Shown here: positions 52,161 to 61,641 of the stretch, piece after piece
Numbering within the stretch: position 1 is the stretch's first letter
How the letters are laid out: each line of letters opens with the position of its first letter
NCBI GenBank assembly: GCA_963703905.1
Contig: CAVPFY010000006.1
Span: forward strand, 198,841-262,840
Origin: an uncultured Chloroflexia bacterium
GTDB taxonomy: Bacteria > Chloroflexota > Dehalococcoidia > DSTF01 > WHTK01
Length of the DNA stretch: 64,000 nt
Direction of reading: 5' to 3'
Made by a program: the position numbers and the translations under genes
The notes under the pieces: generated by a model
The model's database searches: none
Seen by the model: only the letters and a program-made list of their open reading frames with translations
What the model was told of the DNA's origin: nothing

Positions 52161-53245
52161 GTATCTCGACGATCTTCGCCGCCGCCTGGCCGTCGCCGAA
52201 GACCGGCGGCGGCGGCGTCTGCGGGTCGGGCCTCTGCCGCCGCTGCGACGATAGCGGCCGGGTCTGCCCCGGCGAGCACGTTCCAGCCGCCCGCCAGCGT
52301 CTCCGGCCACTCCGACTCTTCTCGAAGCGTAACACAGGGCACGCCGAGGAAGTAAGCCTCGCGCTGGACGCCGCCGGAGTCGGTGAGCGACCGCCCGGGC
52401 GTTGGCTTCCAGCGCCACCATCTCGAGGTAGCCCACCGGGCTCGACCACGCTTGCACGTTGTCGCCGGGCCAGATCGCGGCAGCGCGCGCGGCCTCCCGC
52501 GTCCGCGGGTGCAGCGGCAGCACCACCGGCGCGTCCAGCCGCCCAGAACGCCTCGAAAGAGCGCCTCAGCGATGCCGGGTCGTCGGTGTTCGCCGGGCGG
52601 TGCACGGTGGCGAGGTAGTAGCCGCCCGGGCTCAGGCCGTGCTTCGCCAGCACCGCGCCTTCGCGCCGGCGCGCGAGCGGCAGCGCCGCCAGCAGCGAGT
52701 CGTACATCAGGTCGCCCACCCTGTAGACACGCTCGCGTCGATGCCCTCTTGCGCCAGGCAGTCGACGGCGTGGCGGTGGGGCAGAAGAGGTAGCGGAGAC
52801 GTGGTCGGTGACGACGCGGTTGATCTCCTCCGGCATCGAGCGGTCGAAGCTGCGCAGGCCCGCCTCGACGTGCGCCACCGGCAGGTCGAGCTTCGCCGCC
52901 GCCAGCGCGCCGGCCAGCGTCGAGTTCGTGTCGCCGTAGACGATGACGACGTCCGGCCGCTGCTCAAGCAGCACCGCCTCCAGGCCCTCCAGCATGCGGC
53001 CGTCTGGGCGCCGCGTGGCTGCCGGAGCCGACGCCCAGGTTGACGTCCGGCGCCGGCAGCCCCAGCTCGCGGAAGAACACGTCCGACATCAGGTCGTCGT
53101 AGTGCTGGCCCGTGTGGACCAGGACCTCGTCGTGCCGCCGGCGCAGCGCGCGGCTGAGCACCGCCGCCTTCACGAACTGCGGCCGCGCGCCGACGACAGT
53201 GAGGAACTTCACCGGCCGATTATTGCTCTTAAGTGGGCATAACAC
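52135..53245 (-). CDS. UDP-N-acetylglucosamine 2-epimerase (non-hydrolyzing; WecB/WbpI-like), at least 2 frameshifts
   Basis: N-terminal [23 protein letters not shown]...[31 protein letters not shown] | [50 protein letters not shown] | VLPLHPRT...[16 protein letters not shown] | [13 protein letters not shown]...AAKIVEIL. Confidence 0.7.
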
Positions 53246-53289
53246 TACGAAGAAGGCAAAGCGCTAACCGGCAGAAGCGGGAAAAGACG

Positions 53290-53754
53290 ATGGCGACGGA
53301 TGCCGAGATTCTTGCCCTGGTGGCCTTCGCATTCGCTTCGGCCGAGCGGCCGGAGCACTTCACGAACTTCGGCCATTGCGACGAATGCCGCGACCACGAC
53401 GACCTCCTGCGCTCCCGCGACCTGGAAACGCTAACGATCGACGATGTCGGCAACCAGGGCTGGGACCCGATCATCTTCACCTCGGCCGCCGCATTCGCCT
53501 ATTACATCCCGGCCCTGGCGCGGCTGGCCCTGGCAGCCCCGCATCCTGCCTGGGGTTGGTACGGCGACCAGCTGTCTGTCCACCTGCGCATGGACGGGAG
53601 GCGCAACTCGCGCTGGTCCCACTGCTCGCCGCCGCAACGCGAGGCAATCCGCGCGCTCCTGGAGCACATCTTCGCCACACGGTCGGACATCATCCAGCGC
53701 TATGACATCTTTCCTGAGTTTTCAGAAGCGCTGGATGTCTGGAGCGAAGAATGA
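53290..53754 (+). CDS. Hypothetical protein (155 aa)
   Basis: Clean ORF from MATDAEILALVAF...; no recognizable domain. Confidence 0.4.
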   Translation: MATDAEILALVAFAFASAERPEHFTNFGHCDECRDHDDLLRSRDLETLTIDDVGNQGWDPIIFTSAAAFAYYIPALARLALAAPHPAWGWYGDQLSVHLRMDGRRNSRWSHCSPPQREAIRALLEHIFATRSDIIQRYDIFPEFSEALDVWSEE

Positions 53755-53806
53755 AGAGGCCGGGCCATCTGGGCCCGGCCTCCTGTGGCGCCTGTTAAGC
53801 GTACTC

Positions 53807-55690
53807 CTAGCTCTTCGCGACCGGGGGCTTGCTGTCGTCGATCCACCAGTTGATGGCGGTCTCGACGACGGGGCTGCCTGCGGGTGCATTGGTGTACGCG
53901 CCGAGGTTGCCGATGACCGGCCAGTTGACGCCCAACGCCAGAGTTGTCACGGGGCCGTAGGGGACGTGGTAGGAGTTCTTCGCCATCGTGCGCTGGAACT
54001 CCGCTGCCAGGTCCTGCTGCTTCTTGGGGTCGAACTCGCGCCGGATCTTGTCCGTCAGCGCGTTGACCGCGGGGTCGCCATCCTGCGGGTTGAGGCCGTT
54101 GGCGGTGTTGCCTTCGAAGCGTGACCCGTTGGTGTTCATCGTCGAGAAAACCTGCAGGCCGACGGTCGGGTAGCCGGTGACGGCCCTGTAGATGATTCCG
54201 GTGAAGCCCTTGAAGGTCGTCCGCCCGCCGACGTAAGACTTGGTGTAGCCATAGTGGTAGTTGGGCAGCCAGTCATTCTGGTACTCGCGCGGGTCCAGCT
54301 TGGCGCGCACGCCGCTTTCGGAGAGCATGGCGCTGATCAGCTCGGCGCGCTTGGTGTAGACGGCGCCGTAGTTGGTGCCGCCGTTGAAGTGCAGCAGGGT
54401 GTCGACGCCGTTGGCGAATCCAGCCGCCGACATCAGCTTCTTGGCTTCGGCGACGTTGAAGGTGTAGACCTTTGCCCATTCGCCGAACTTCTTTGTGTCC
54501 TGCGGGTCCAGCCAGTAACCTTCGGCGCCGGCGCCGATCACGGTGTGGTAGCGCGGCTTGATGTCGATGCCTTCGGCGGCGAAGGCGGGACGGTTCGAGT
54601 CGACGTCCGTGATCAGCTCGCGGTCCATGATCATCGAAACGGCCTGGCGCATGCGCTCGTCCTTCCAGGGAGTGTCGCCTGCCCCGTAGCCGAACGTGAG
54701 CGTTGAGGGGTAGATCGGGTAGGTGTCGCCCTGGGTCAGCAGGGTCTGCGGCAGGTCGCGCTTGGTGGAGATGACGTCTTCCTGCACGACCACGCTGGTC
54801 CAGATACCGCCGGCGCGGAACTGCGAAAGGCGCGTAGCGTATTCCGGGACAATCGGGTGATCGACCTTGTCGATGAACGGGCGGCCTTTGAAGTAGTAGT
54901 CAGGGTTCTTGGCCCAGGTGCGGAACGCGGAGGGGCGGTTCTCCACCATGGTGTATGGCCCGGAGCCGCGGACGTCGCCCTTGGGGTCGAAGCCGCCTTC
55001 GGCTTCCCTGGGCATGATCCAGAAGATGCGCTCGAAGGCGAGCAACTTCAGGAGCTCGGGGTCGGGCTGCTTCAGCTTCACGACCACGGTCCTGGCGTCG
55101 GGCGCCGTCATCGACTCGATTGCGGCGCTGGGCGATTTGGCCGCGTCGTAGGCCACATCGGCGCCGAAGCTGCTGAGCTTGATGAACCGGTTCCAGCTCC
55201 AGACCACGTCCTGGGCGTCCAGCGCCCGGCCGTTGGTCGGAGCGCGGGCGTCGAGCTTAAGGTTGGGACGGATCTTCAGCGTCAGTGTCAGCTTGTCGCC
55301 CGAATACTCGTAGGACTCGACGGCGTCGCCTTCGACTTCACCCTTCGAAGCCTCCGGGTACTTTCCCGGGATGTACTTGAAGAGGCGCTGGTATGCGTAC
55401 ACGCCCAGCAGGGCGGCGGCGCTGAAAGAGGTGGTGGCGTGGAGGTCAAAGGTCGTGACGTCGGCCGTGATGTAAGACTTGAAGGTCCCTCCGGCCTTGG
55501 CCCGGCTGGTGGAGTCCACTGGGGTGTACACCAGGCCGCCGGCCTTTTCGCCGGAGCCGGAACCACCGTCGCTGCCGCCTCCGCAGCCTACCAGGCTCAG
55601 GGCCGCGGCGCCCATGCCAACGCCGGCCGCACCTGCCAGCGCGCGGCGCCGGCTGAGCCTGCTACTCGTAAGTCGCTTCCAATAACTCAA
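53807..55690 (-). CDS. ABC transporter substrate-binding lipoprotein, family 5 (peptide/oligosaccharide/nickel type) with Tat-like signal
   Basis: SRRRALAGAAGVGMGAAALSLVGCGG (twin-Arg plus lipobox). 627 aa with family-5 SBP sequence pattern throughout. Confidence 0.8.
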   Translation of the reverse strand: MSYWKRLTSSRLSRRRALAGAAGVGMGAAALSLVGCGGGSDGGSGSGEKAGGLVYTPVDSTSRAKAGGTFKSYITADVTTFDLHATTSFSAAALLGVYAYQRLFKYIPGKYPEASKGEVEGDAVESYEYSGDKLTLTLKIRPNLKLDARAPTNGRALDAQDVVWSWNRFIKLSSFGADVAYDAAKSPSAAIESMTAPDARTVVVKLKQPDPELLKLLAFERIFWIMPREAEGGFDPKGDVRGSGPYTMVENRPSAFRTWAKNPDYYFKGRPFIDKVDHPIVPEYATRLSQFRAGGIWTSVVVQEDVISTKRDLPQTLLTQGDTYPIYPSTLTFGYGAGDTPWKDERMRQAVSMIMDRELITDVDSNRPAFAAEGIDIKPRYHTVIGAGAEGYWLDPQDTKKFGEWAKVYTFNVAEAKKLMSAAGFANGVDTLLHFNGGTNYGAVYTKRAELISAMLSESGVRAKLDPREYQNDWLPNYHYGYTKSYVGGRTTFKGFTGIIYRAVTGYPTVGLQVFSTMNTNGSRFEGNTANGLNPQDGDPAVNALTDKIRREFDPKKQQDLAAEFQRTMAKNSYHVPYGPVTTLALGVNWPVIGNLGAYTNAPAGSPVVETAINWWIDDSKPPVAKS

Positions 55691-55822
55691 TTCAGGTCTC
55701 TCCTTAGTAAGAGGGTCAATCTCTCTGCTGCCCCGCTAACTAATACGATTTATATACGTTTGCAGACTTACGCGCGAGTCTGTAACTCGGCAGCTCTGGC
55801 TGAACTGCTGACAAGCTCTCCT

Positions 55823-57188
55823 CTACAGCCCGCTGACCGTCATGCGCGATATGCGCAGGCTCGGCGCGGCGACGCCGCCTCGCCAGAGCACATCCGAGCC
55901 GACGGCATCGATGTTGGCGAGCATGTCCTTGAGGTTGCCGGAGACGTTGATCTCGGTCACGGGTAAGGTGAGCTTGCCCTTCTCGATCCAGAAGCCCTGG
56001 GCCCCGCGCGAGAAGTCGCCGGTGGTGAGGTTCACCCCGAAGCCCATGAGGTCGGTCAGATAGAGGCCCTCTTCGATGTCGACGTACAGCTGCTGCGGCG
56101 CGGTCTCACCCGCCTGCAGGACGAAGTTGGAGGTGCCCGGCGAAGGTGCCGAGTCCAGGCCGCGATGCGCCGCGCCGGTAGTACGGCGCCCCATGCGCCG
56201 GGCATAGTAGCTGTCGAAAAGAAAGGCCTGAAAGACGCCGCGGTCGAAGACCGGGAGTGTGCGCGAGGCGACTCCTTCGCCGTCGAAGGGCCGCGAGCCG
56301 AGCCGCCCGGGGATCAGCGGGCTGTCGGTCAGTGTCAGTAGCGGCGACCCGACCTGTTGCCCTTCGAGATCGGCGAGGAAGGTCGAACGGCGGTAAAGGG
56401 CCTCGCCCGAGGCTGCCTGGCCGGCGATGCGCAGCAGGGCGCCGGCAACCGGCGCCTCCCAGACCACCGGCACAGCACTGGTCCCGACCTTGCGCGCGCC
56501 GAGCTTGGCGACGGCGCGCATGGCCGCCTTGCGGCCGACGTCCTCCGGCGACTCGAGCGCGGTGCAGGGCGCGCTCGAAGCTGTACCAGTAGTCGTTGCG
56601 CTTCTTGCCCTCGGCGTCGTCGCAGATCGCCTCGATCTGGAGGCCGGCGGCGGTCGAGGGGTAGGAGGCGGCGAAGCCGAGACTGTTCGCCAGGGCGACG
56701 ACCGTGCGCGTCACCTCCATCTGGGCGCTGTCGCTGTTGGTAACGCGGCTGTCGTAGTCGAACATGGCCGCTTCCATCCGCAAGGCCATGTCGCGCATCT
56801 CGTCCGCGGTCAGCGACTCGATGCGTTCGTCGTAGAGCTGGAGGTTGGGCAGGCTGCCCAGGGCGAGGTCGGAGCGGTCCGGCAGGCCTGAGAACTCGTC
56901 CGGCTCCGAAATCGAGGCCAGCTCGACGGTGTCGCGCACCATCTGCTCCAGCGCGGCCGGGGTCATGTCGGCGGTCGAGCATATTGCCGTGCGCTTGCCC
57001 TTGATGACGCGGATGCCGGCCGAATGCGAGCCGGCGTCGATCAGGCGCTCGACGGCCCCGCGGCGCACCTGCACCGATGACTCGGTGGAGGAGATCACCA
57101 TTGCGTCGGCCTCGTCAGCGCCGAGGTGGCGCGCCTTGTCGATGATGTCGGAGGCGATCGAGAGCAGGTCTTCGTTCAAGCGGGGCAC
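55823..57188 (-). CDS. TldD/PmbA-family metalloprotease, frameshift near 56500
   Basis: N-terminal MPRLNEDLLSIASDIIDKARHLGADEADAMVISSTESSVQVRRGAVERL...GIRVIKGKRTAICST. C-terminal ...NFVLQAGETAPQQLYVDIEEGLYLTDLMGFGVNLTTGDFSRGAQGFWIEKGKLTLPV in ORF 55823..56521. Confidence 0.75.
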
Positions 57189-57196
57189 TCCAGTGA

Positions 57197-57727
57197 TCAG
57201 AAGGTAGGCGAAGTCTGGGCCGTGGCTTCCGCCGATTCAAGCAGGTTATCCCAGTCCGCTCTTCTGGCGGTGATCTTGAAGTCCCTGATGAGCAGCCGGA
57301 CCACGTCATGGATGGCGATGAACCCGGTCGGAAAGTGAACATCGACAGCTGCCGGAGTGCCCTGAGAAGCCTCGCCAACGTGTAGATGCAGCGTCCTTAC
57401 CGGGCTTGCCCCGGCAGGGTGCCAGTGGTAAGCAAAGCCCGCTCGATTGTCGCGGCCATCCAGAGCGTATGAGTAGCCTGCGGTAGCGACCTTCCATGGT
57501 TCGTGGTCGTCCACAACCTCTACGAGTCGATAGTGATAGACAATGCGAAGGAAGTACCGCGCGGAGATGAGAACCGCATTGCCATGGCCGAGGATCATCG
57601 CGTGCGGGAATGTTGAAGGGGCGTATCCGCCAGCCACATTCAGGACACTATCGGTAATGCAGGAGATGACCTTGCCAGACTGCTCTAGCAGGCTGTTAAC
57701 CGCCTCAGCCGGCGTTCGACCTGCCAA
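57197..57727 (-). CDS. Hypothetical protein (176 aa), downstream member of a 4-nt-overlapping gene pair
   Basis: Intact ORF in an AT-richer patch. No domain I can name. Confidence 0.4.
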   Translation of the reverse strand: MAGRTPAEAVNSLLEQSGKVISCITDSVLNVAGGYAPSTFPHAMILGHGNAVLISARYFLRIVYHYRLVEVVDDHEPWKVATAGYSYALDGRDNRAGFAYHWHPAGASPVRTLHLHVGEASQGTPAAVDVHFPTGFIAIHDVVRLLIRDFKITARRADWDNLLESAEATAQTSPTF

Positions 57728-57730
57728 TGG

Positions 57731-57934
57731 TCAGTTTCGGACGAGGGGCAGCAGCATCAGCACGTTGATGACTTCGCGACGCTCGGGGCCTTCATCGAAG
57801 GCGCCGGAGTCCAGCGCCGCCAAGAACTCGGCGCCGCTTATACCCAATTCGCGCTGGGCTGCTTCCTCGAAGAGCCTGCGGGCCTCTTCGGGGGACAGAT
57901 GATGAACTTTCACACCATCTTTGATCCTGGTCAT
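57731..57934 (-). CDS. Small hypothetical protein (67 aa), possible antitoxin-like partner
   Basis: MTRIKDGVKVHHLSPEEARRLFEEAAQRELGISGAEFLAAL is helical, small and upstream of the 176-aa ORF with an ATGA-type overlap. Confidence 0.35.
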   Translation of the reverse strand: MTRIKDGVKVHHLSPEEARRLFEEAAQRELGISGAEFLAALDSGAFDEGPERREVINVLMLLPLVRN

Positions 57935-58082
57935 GGCCTCAATATTCTACGCTGAATCATCGGCCTCAGCCTGCGAACCTACTGAAGCCTTCGAAACGGA
58001 GGGATTTGCGCCGTCGCCATCCCAGGCCCGGCTTATCTTTATTCGCGGGCAATCATGTCTCTGCTATGAATTGCGAATCCAG

Positions 58083-58502
58083 GTGTTTGGGAGGCTCTCC
58101 TTGAACAGCACGCCGATCGAAGAGACGCCGGTGAAGGTCTACCGGAGTGCGGACAGGCTGACTGTCGCGGCGCCGTTCCCCGGCCTGGAGCCGCAGGACA
58201 TTCAGGCGCACGTCACCGACGACGGCGTCCTGGTGCTGGAGGGCCGGCCTCGGGGCGTCCTCAAGGGACAGAATGAGGTCCTGCGCGACGAGTGGAACGC
58301 CGGCCCCTACTTCTGCCGCGTTATGCTCGACCGGCCGGTGGACGCGACGCTGGCCAACGCCACTTACGAGAACGGCGTCGTGGTGGTGTCGCTGCCGATC
58401 TCGGAACGGATGCGGGCGTTCGACCTGACTCTGGAGCGGGTGAGCCGGATGTCGGGCCGGCGCTACGGGCAATCCGGGCATTCGCTGCGGGCGGCGGTGT
58501 AG
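58083..58502 (+). CDS. Hsp20/alpha-crystallin family small heat-shock protein; start uncertain
   Basis: VKVYRSADRLTVAAPFPGLEPQDIQAHVTDDGVLVLEGRP...WNAGPYFCRVMLDRPVDATLANATYENGVVVVSLP (alpha-crystallin domain). The canonical N-terminal region is not found in frame. Confidence 0.6.
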   Translation: MFGRLSLNSTPIEETPVKVYRSADRLTVAAPFPGLEPQDIQAHVTDDGVLVLEGRPRGVLKGQNEVLRDEWNAGPYFCRVMLDRPVDATLANATYENGVVVVSLPISERMRAFDLTLERVSRMSGRRYGQSGHSLRAAV

Positions 58503-58562
58503 GAGTATCACCACCACGCGATCCACCCACCTCGCGCTGCGACCTCAGCCGCGGCCCGCGGT

Positions 58563-59597
58563 TCAGGGTCCCCAGGAGAGCACCGGCGGGCGATAGCTGC
58601 AGGATGCCGCGTCGACGGGCGGCGGCGTGCTCGGGTAGCAGGGCCGGTCGGCGAAGTGATGGTCGCGGCCGCCAAGCGGCGTGAGGTCCAGGACCAGGCG
58701 GTCGAAGCCGCCGCCGAAGGCGATCACGCGCAATTGATCGCCCTTGAGATAAGCGACCCAAGGCGACTCTGTTAGCACAACCGGAGCGATGCCAGAGGCG
58801 ATGGGCCGGACCCTCGGGTCGATCCCGAAGACGAAGTCTTCCTCCTGCACGAACGGGACCGACAGCCAAAGATCCCCAGCGCGGACGGCTCCAGAAGGTC
58901 GTTCAGCCGATACGAGGAGCTGAGGTACCCATTTCACGTCGGCTTTGATCGGCAACCAACAAGGGCAGGACTGGCTCGGGCGCGACGCCTCAATCCGGGC
59001 CAGAGAGAAGCTCTCGTCAGCGATTCGAGACCCTCGCACTTCGCCCTCATCGTCGAGCTGTACTACGCGTCCGGTACCGGAGCCGGTGATTCGTTCAACT
59101 ACGACTGTGAGCATCCGGACGTGACGTTCCACGTCCCTCGACCATCCTTCGCCGGACCAGAACACGCTGCTTGCGCCCATATCGAAGGTAGAGTCGCAGC
59201 ATGGGTCCGGTGTCCAGTCACCAGCGTCCATGAGCGGACGCTCGTTGGACCCATCGACGTCACTAACCCAGACGTCGTAGTCCCTTACGAACGCGAGCGC
59301 CTTGCCGTCAGGCGAAACCGATGGCGACGATGCCCATTCTCGCCGGGTGTTTGGATCCCGGGGGTCGCCGCGCTGGCCCGCCACTACCTTCGCGAGCCCC
59401 GAGCCGTCGGGCCTGACGGCATAAATGCTGCCGCCGGCCGAAAAGTAGATTCGCCCCTCCGGCAGTGAGGGTCCAAGCTCGGCCCCCGGCGCCTCCGAGG
59501 GCGCGTCGCTTTTGTCGGAGTCCAGCAGCGCCCAGGCGATGAGCGCCAGGATCAGGGCGCCGGCGATGATCAGCAGAGTGTCGCGTCGACGAAGCAC
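58563..59597 (-). CDS. Membrane-anchored TolB-like/PD40 beta-propeller repeat protein
   Basis: N-terminal TM (LLIIAGALILALIAWALL), then ...GRIYFSAGGSIYAVRPDGSGLAKV..., SPDGKALAFVRDYDVWVSDVDGSNERPL (PD40-type repeats). Confidence 0.55.
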   Translation of the reverse strand: MLRRRDTLLIIAGALILALIAWALLDSDKSDAPSEAPGAELGPSLPEGRIYFSAGGSIYAVRPDGSGLAKVVAGQRGDPRDPNTRREWASSPSVSPDGKALAFVRDYDVWVSDVDGSNERPLMDAGDWTPDPCCDSTFDMGASSVFWSGEGWSRDVERHVRMLTVVVERITGSGTGRVVQLDDEGEVRGSRIADESFSLARIEASRPSQSCPCWLPIKADVKWVPQLLVSAERPSGAVRAGDLWLSVPFVQEEDFVFGIDPRVRPIASGIAPVVLTESPWVAYLKGDQLRVIAFGGGFDRLVLDLTPLGGRDHHFADRPCYPSTPPPVDAASCSYRPPVLSWGP

Positions 59598-59813
59598 AGG
59601 CCCATTTTAGCCCCCCCACTAGCCTCCGTGTCCAAGCGCCCGGCCGCGGGCCGCGTACGCGTATCGGGGCGACAGGCGAGGTCCACGGCCGGACCTCCGT
59701 CGCCGGCGACCGGCCCCGCAGGCTCGTGCGGCGGGCAGACTTCCACGTCCGGATCTCCAACCTTCCTCGTCCCGGGTCTATGCTTGAGGCGAATCCGGCG
59801 AGGAGTGCCAGCC

Positions 59814-60278
59814 ATGGACCAGCGAATTCGCGACTTCCTCGAGAAGAACAGGGCCGCGGCCATGATCACCCTGCGTCCGGACGGGACGCCTCACGCCGTC
59901 CGCGTCGGCGTCGCTGTGGTCGATGACAAGATCTGGAGCTCGGCGACGGCCGACCGCGCGCGGAACCGGCACCTGCGCCGTGACCCGCGCTCGACCCTCT
60001 ACCTCCAGGATTCGCAGGGCCCCTTCGGCTGGCTGACGCTGGAGTGTCGCGTGAACCTGCTCGAAGGGCCGGACGCGCCCGAGCTGAACCTGCGCCTGTT
60101 CCGGACGATGCAGGGCCGGCCCGCGCCGCAGGCGCTCGCCTGGTACGGGCGCGACCTGGCCGAGGCCGAGTTCCTCGAGACGATGCGCGCCGAGGGCAGG
60201 CTGGTATACGAGTTCGAGATCATGCGCGCCTACGGCATGACGGACGCCTCGGGCCTGTGGTCGGCAGACTATGCTTAA
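59814..60278 (+). CDS. Pyridoxamine 5'-phosphate oxidase family protein (PPOX class, probably F420-dependent)
   Basis: MDQRIRDFLEKNRAAAMITLRPDGTPHAVRVGVAVVDDKIWSSATADRARNRHLRRDPRSTLYL (split-barrel FMN/F420-binding pattern). GGCGAGGAG RBS. Confidence 0.65.
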   Translation: MDQRIRDFLEKNRAAAMITLRPDGTPHAVRVGVAVVDDKIWSSATADRARNRHLRRDPRSTLYLQDSQGPFGWLTLECRVNLLEGPDAPELNLRLFRTMQGRPAPQALAWYGRDLAEAEFLETMRAEGRLVYEFEIMRAYGMTDASGLWSADYA

Positions 60279-60284
60279 ACCTCG

Positions 60285-61082
60285 ATGAGCCAGGAGCCGG
60301 AGGCGGATCAGCACTCGGACCCCGAATGGCTGAAGGTGCTGACGAAGGGCCACCAGCAGGTGACGCTGCTGCGGCCGTTCTGGCGCCTGATGCCGGGCTC
60401 GCCGCGCTGCAAGGAGTGCTACCTGCCCTTTCAGGGGCCGGCGTCCGGCCTCGGGCGGCTGTTCGGCTTCCGGCGCTCGCGCAAGAACCCCAACCTCTGT
60501 CACCGCTGCTGCGAGCGCCTGCCTCAAGGCGGCGCTCTGGTCGACATCGCCGTCCTGTTCGCCGACGTGCGCGGCTCGACGTCGATGGGCGCGAAGATGC
60601 ACCCGGGCGACTACGCCGCGCTGATGAACCGCTTCTATCGCGTGGCGACGGACGTGCTCGCCTCCCACGACGCGATCATCGACAAGCTGATCGGCGATGA
60701 GGTCATGGCGCTGTTCTTTCAGGGCACCGCCGGCCCCGAATATCGCCGCAAGGCTGCGGAGGCCGGCGCCGACCTGCTCTTCGCCGTGCGCAACAAGCTC
60801 ACCGGCGAGGCCTGGCTGGACGTCGGCGTCGCGGTCCACGCCGGGCCCGCCTACGTCGGCAACGTCGGCGGCGCCGGCATTTCCGACTTCACCGCGCTCG
60901 GCGACACCGTGAACACGGCCGCGCGCCTGCAGGGCGTGGCGACGGCGGGCCAGCTTGTGCTCAGCGACGAGGTCTTCGCGACCGTGGCGGACAGGTACCC
61001 GGAGGCCGAGTCGCGGCGGGAGTCGCTGCGCGGCAAGGACGAGCCGGTGTCTGTCTACGTGATCACGCCGAGCGCGGGCTGA
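60285..61082 (+). CDS. Class III adenylate/guanylate cyclase with N-terminal C4 zinc ribbon
   Basis: CKECYLPF...CHRCC, then VLFADVRGSTSM...IGDEVMALF...GVAVHAGPAYVGNVG...TALGDTVNTAARLQG (CHD catalytic motifs). Confidence 0.8.
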   Translation: MSQEPEADQHSDPEWLKVLTKGHQQVTLLRPFWRLMPGSPRCKECYLPFQGPASGLGRLFGFRRSRKNPNLCHRCCERLPQGGALVDIAVLFADVRGSTSMGAKMHPGDYAALMNRFYRVATDVLASHDAIIDKLIGDEVMALFFQGTAGPEYRRKAAEAGADLLFAVRNKLTGEAWLDVGVAVHAGPAYVGNVGGAGISDFTALGDTVNTAARLQGVATAGQLVLSDEVFATVADRYPEAESRRESLRGKDEPVSVYVITPSAG

Positions 61083-61098
61083 CTTTCCCAAAGGTGCC

Positions 61099-61608
61099 TC
61101 AATAAGGCCACTTGTCGTTGCCCTGGAGCAGCGCGCGGATGTGGTTGATCTCGCCGGCGTGGTAGAAGTCGTGGCCCGCGAGGATGCGAAAGAACTCGCG
61201 CGTCGGCTTCACCGCCTGGAGGCCGTAGACGAAGCGCGGCCGGTCCAGCTCAGAGTCGTCCGCGAGCGCTCCGAGGCTCTCCCGCAGCCGCCGGTGGCCT
61301 TCGGTCAGCCATTCCAGCAACTCAGGTCGCGCACGAGGCCTGCCGTCCGCGGGCCACATCGGCGGCTCGCCGCCGTTTAGGGAGCTGCCGCCGAAGCCGT
61401 AGTCCTCGTACATCCACTTTGCCCAGCCCACATGCTCCAGGATGCTGGCGATCGAACGGCCGCCGCCCTGAGGCTTCGCCCACCAGTCTTCGTCGCGCAC
61501 GGCTTCGAGACCCGAGATCAGCGACTGGTCTCGTCCGTCGAAGGCTTCGTCCATCAACCACAGCAGAGCGTCGACGCCCTCTCGCATGGCGCGCACAGTG
61601 TACGCCGG
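61099..61608 (-). CDS. DinB/YfiT-like (DinB_2, mycothiol-maleylpyruvate-isomerase-N-like) metal-dependent protein
   Basis: MREGVDALLWLMDEAFDGRDQ...ASILEHVGWAKWMYEDYGF...ILAGHDFYHAGEINHIRAL (H...H...H four-helix-bundle pattern). The rest of the 451-aa minus ORF is antisense to the cyclase. Confidence 0.6.
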   Translation of the reverse strand, partial: PAYTVRAMREGVDALLWLMDEAFDGRDQSLISGLEAVRDEDWWAKPQGGGRSIASILEHVGWAKWMYEDYGFGGSSLNGGEPPMWPADGRPRARPELLEWLTEGHRRLRESLGALADDSELDRPRFVYGLQAVKPTREFFRILAGHDFYHAGEINHIRALLQGNDKWPY

Positions 61609-61641
61609 GGGCGGGCAGCGTAGGAGTAAACTGGAAAGGCA

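Noticed and set aside
59778-61091. 437-aa minus-strand ORF
   Set aside because: Antisense to the PPOX and first cyclase genes, with Arg/Gly-rich translation.
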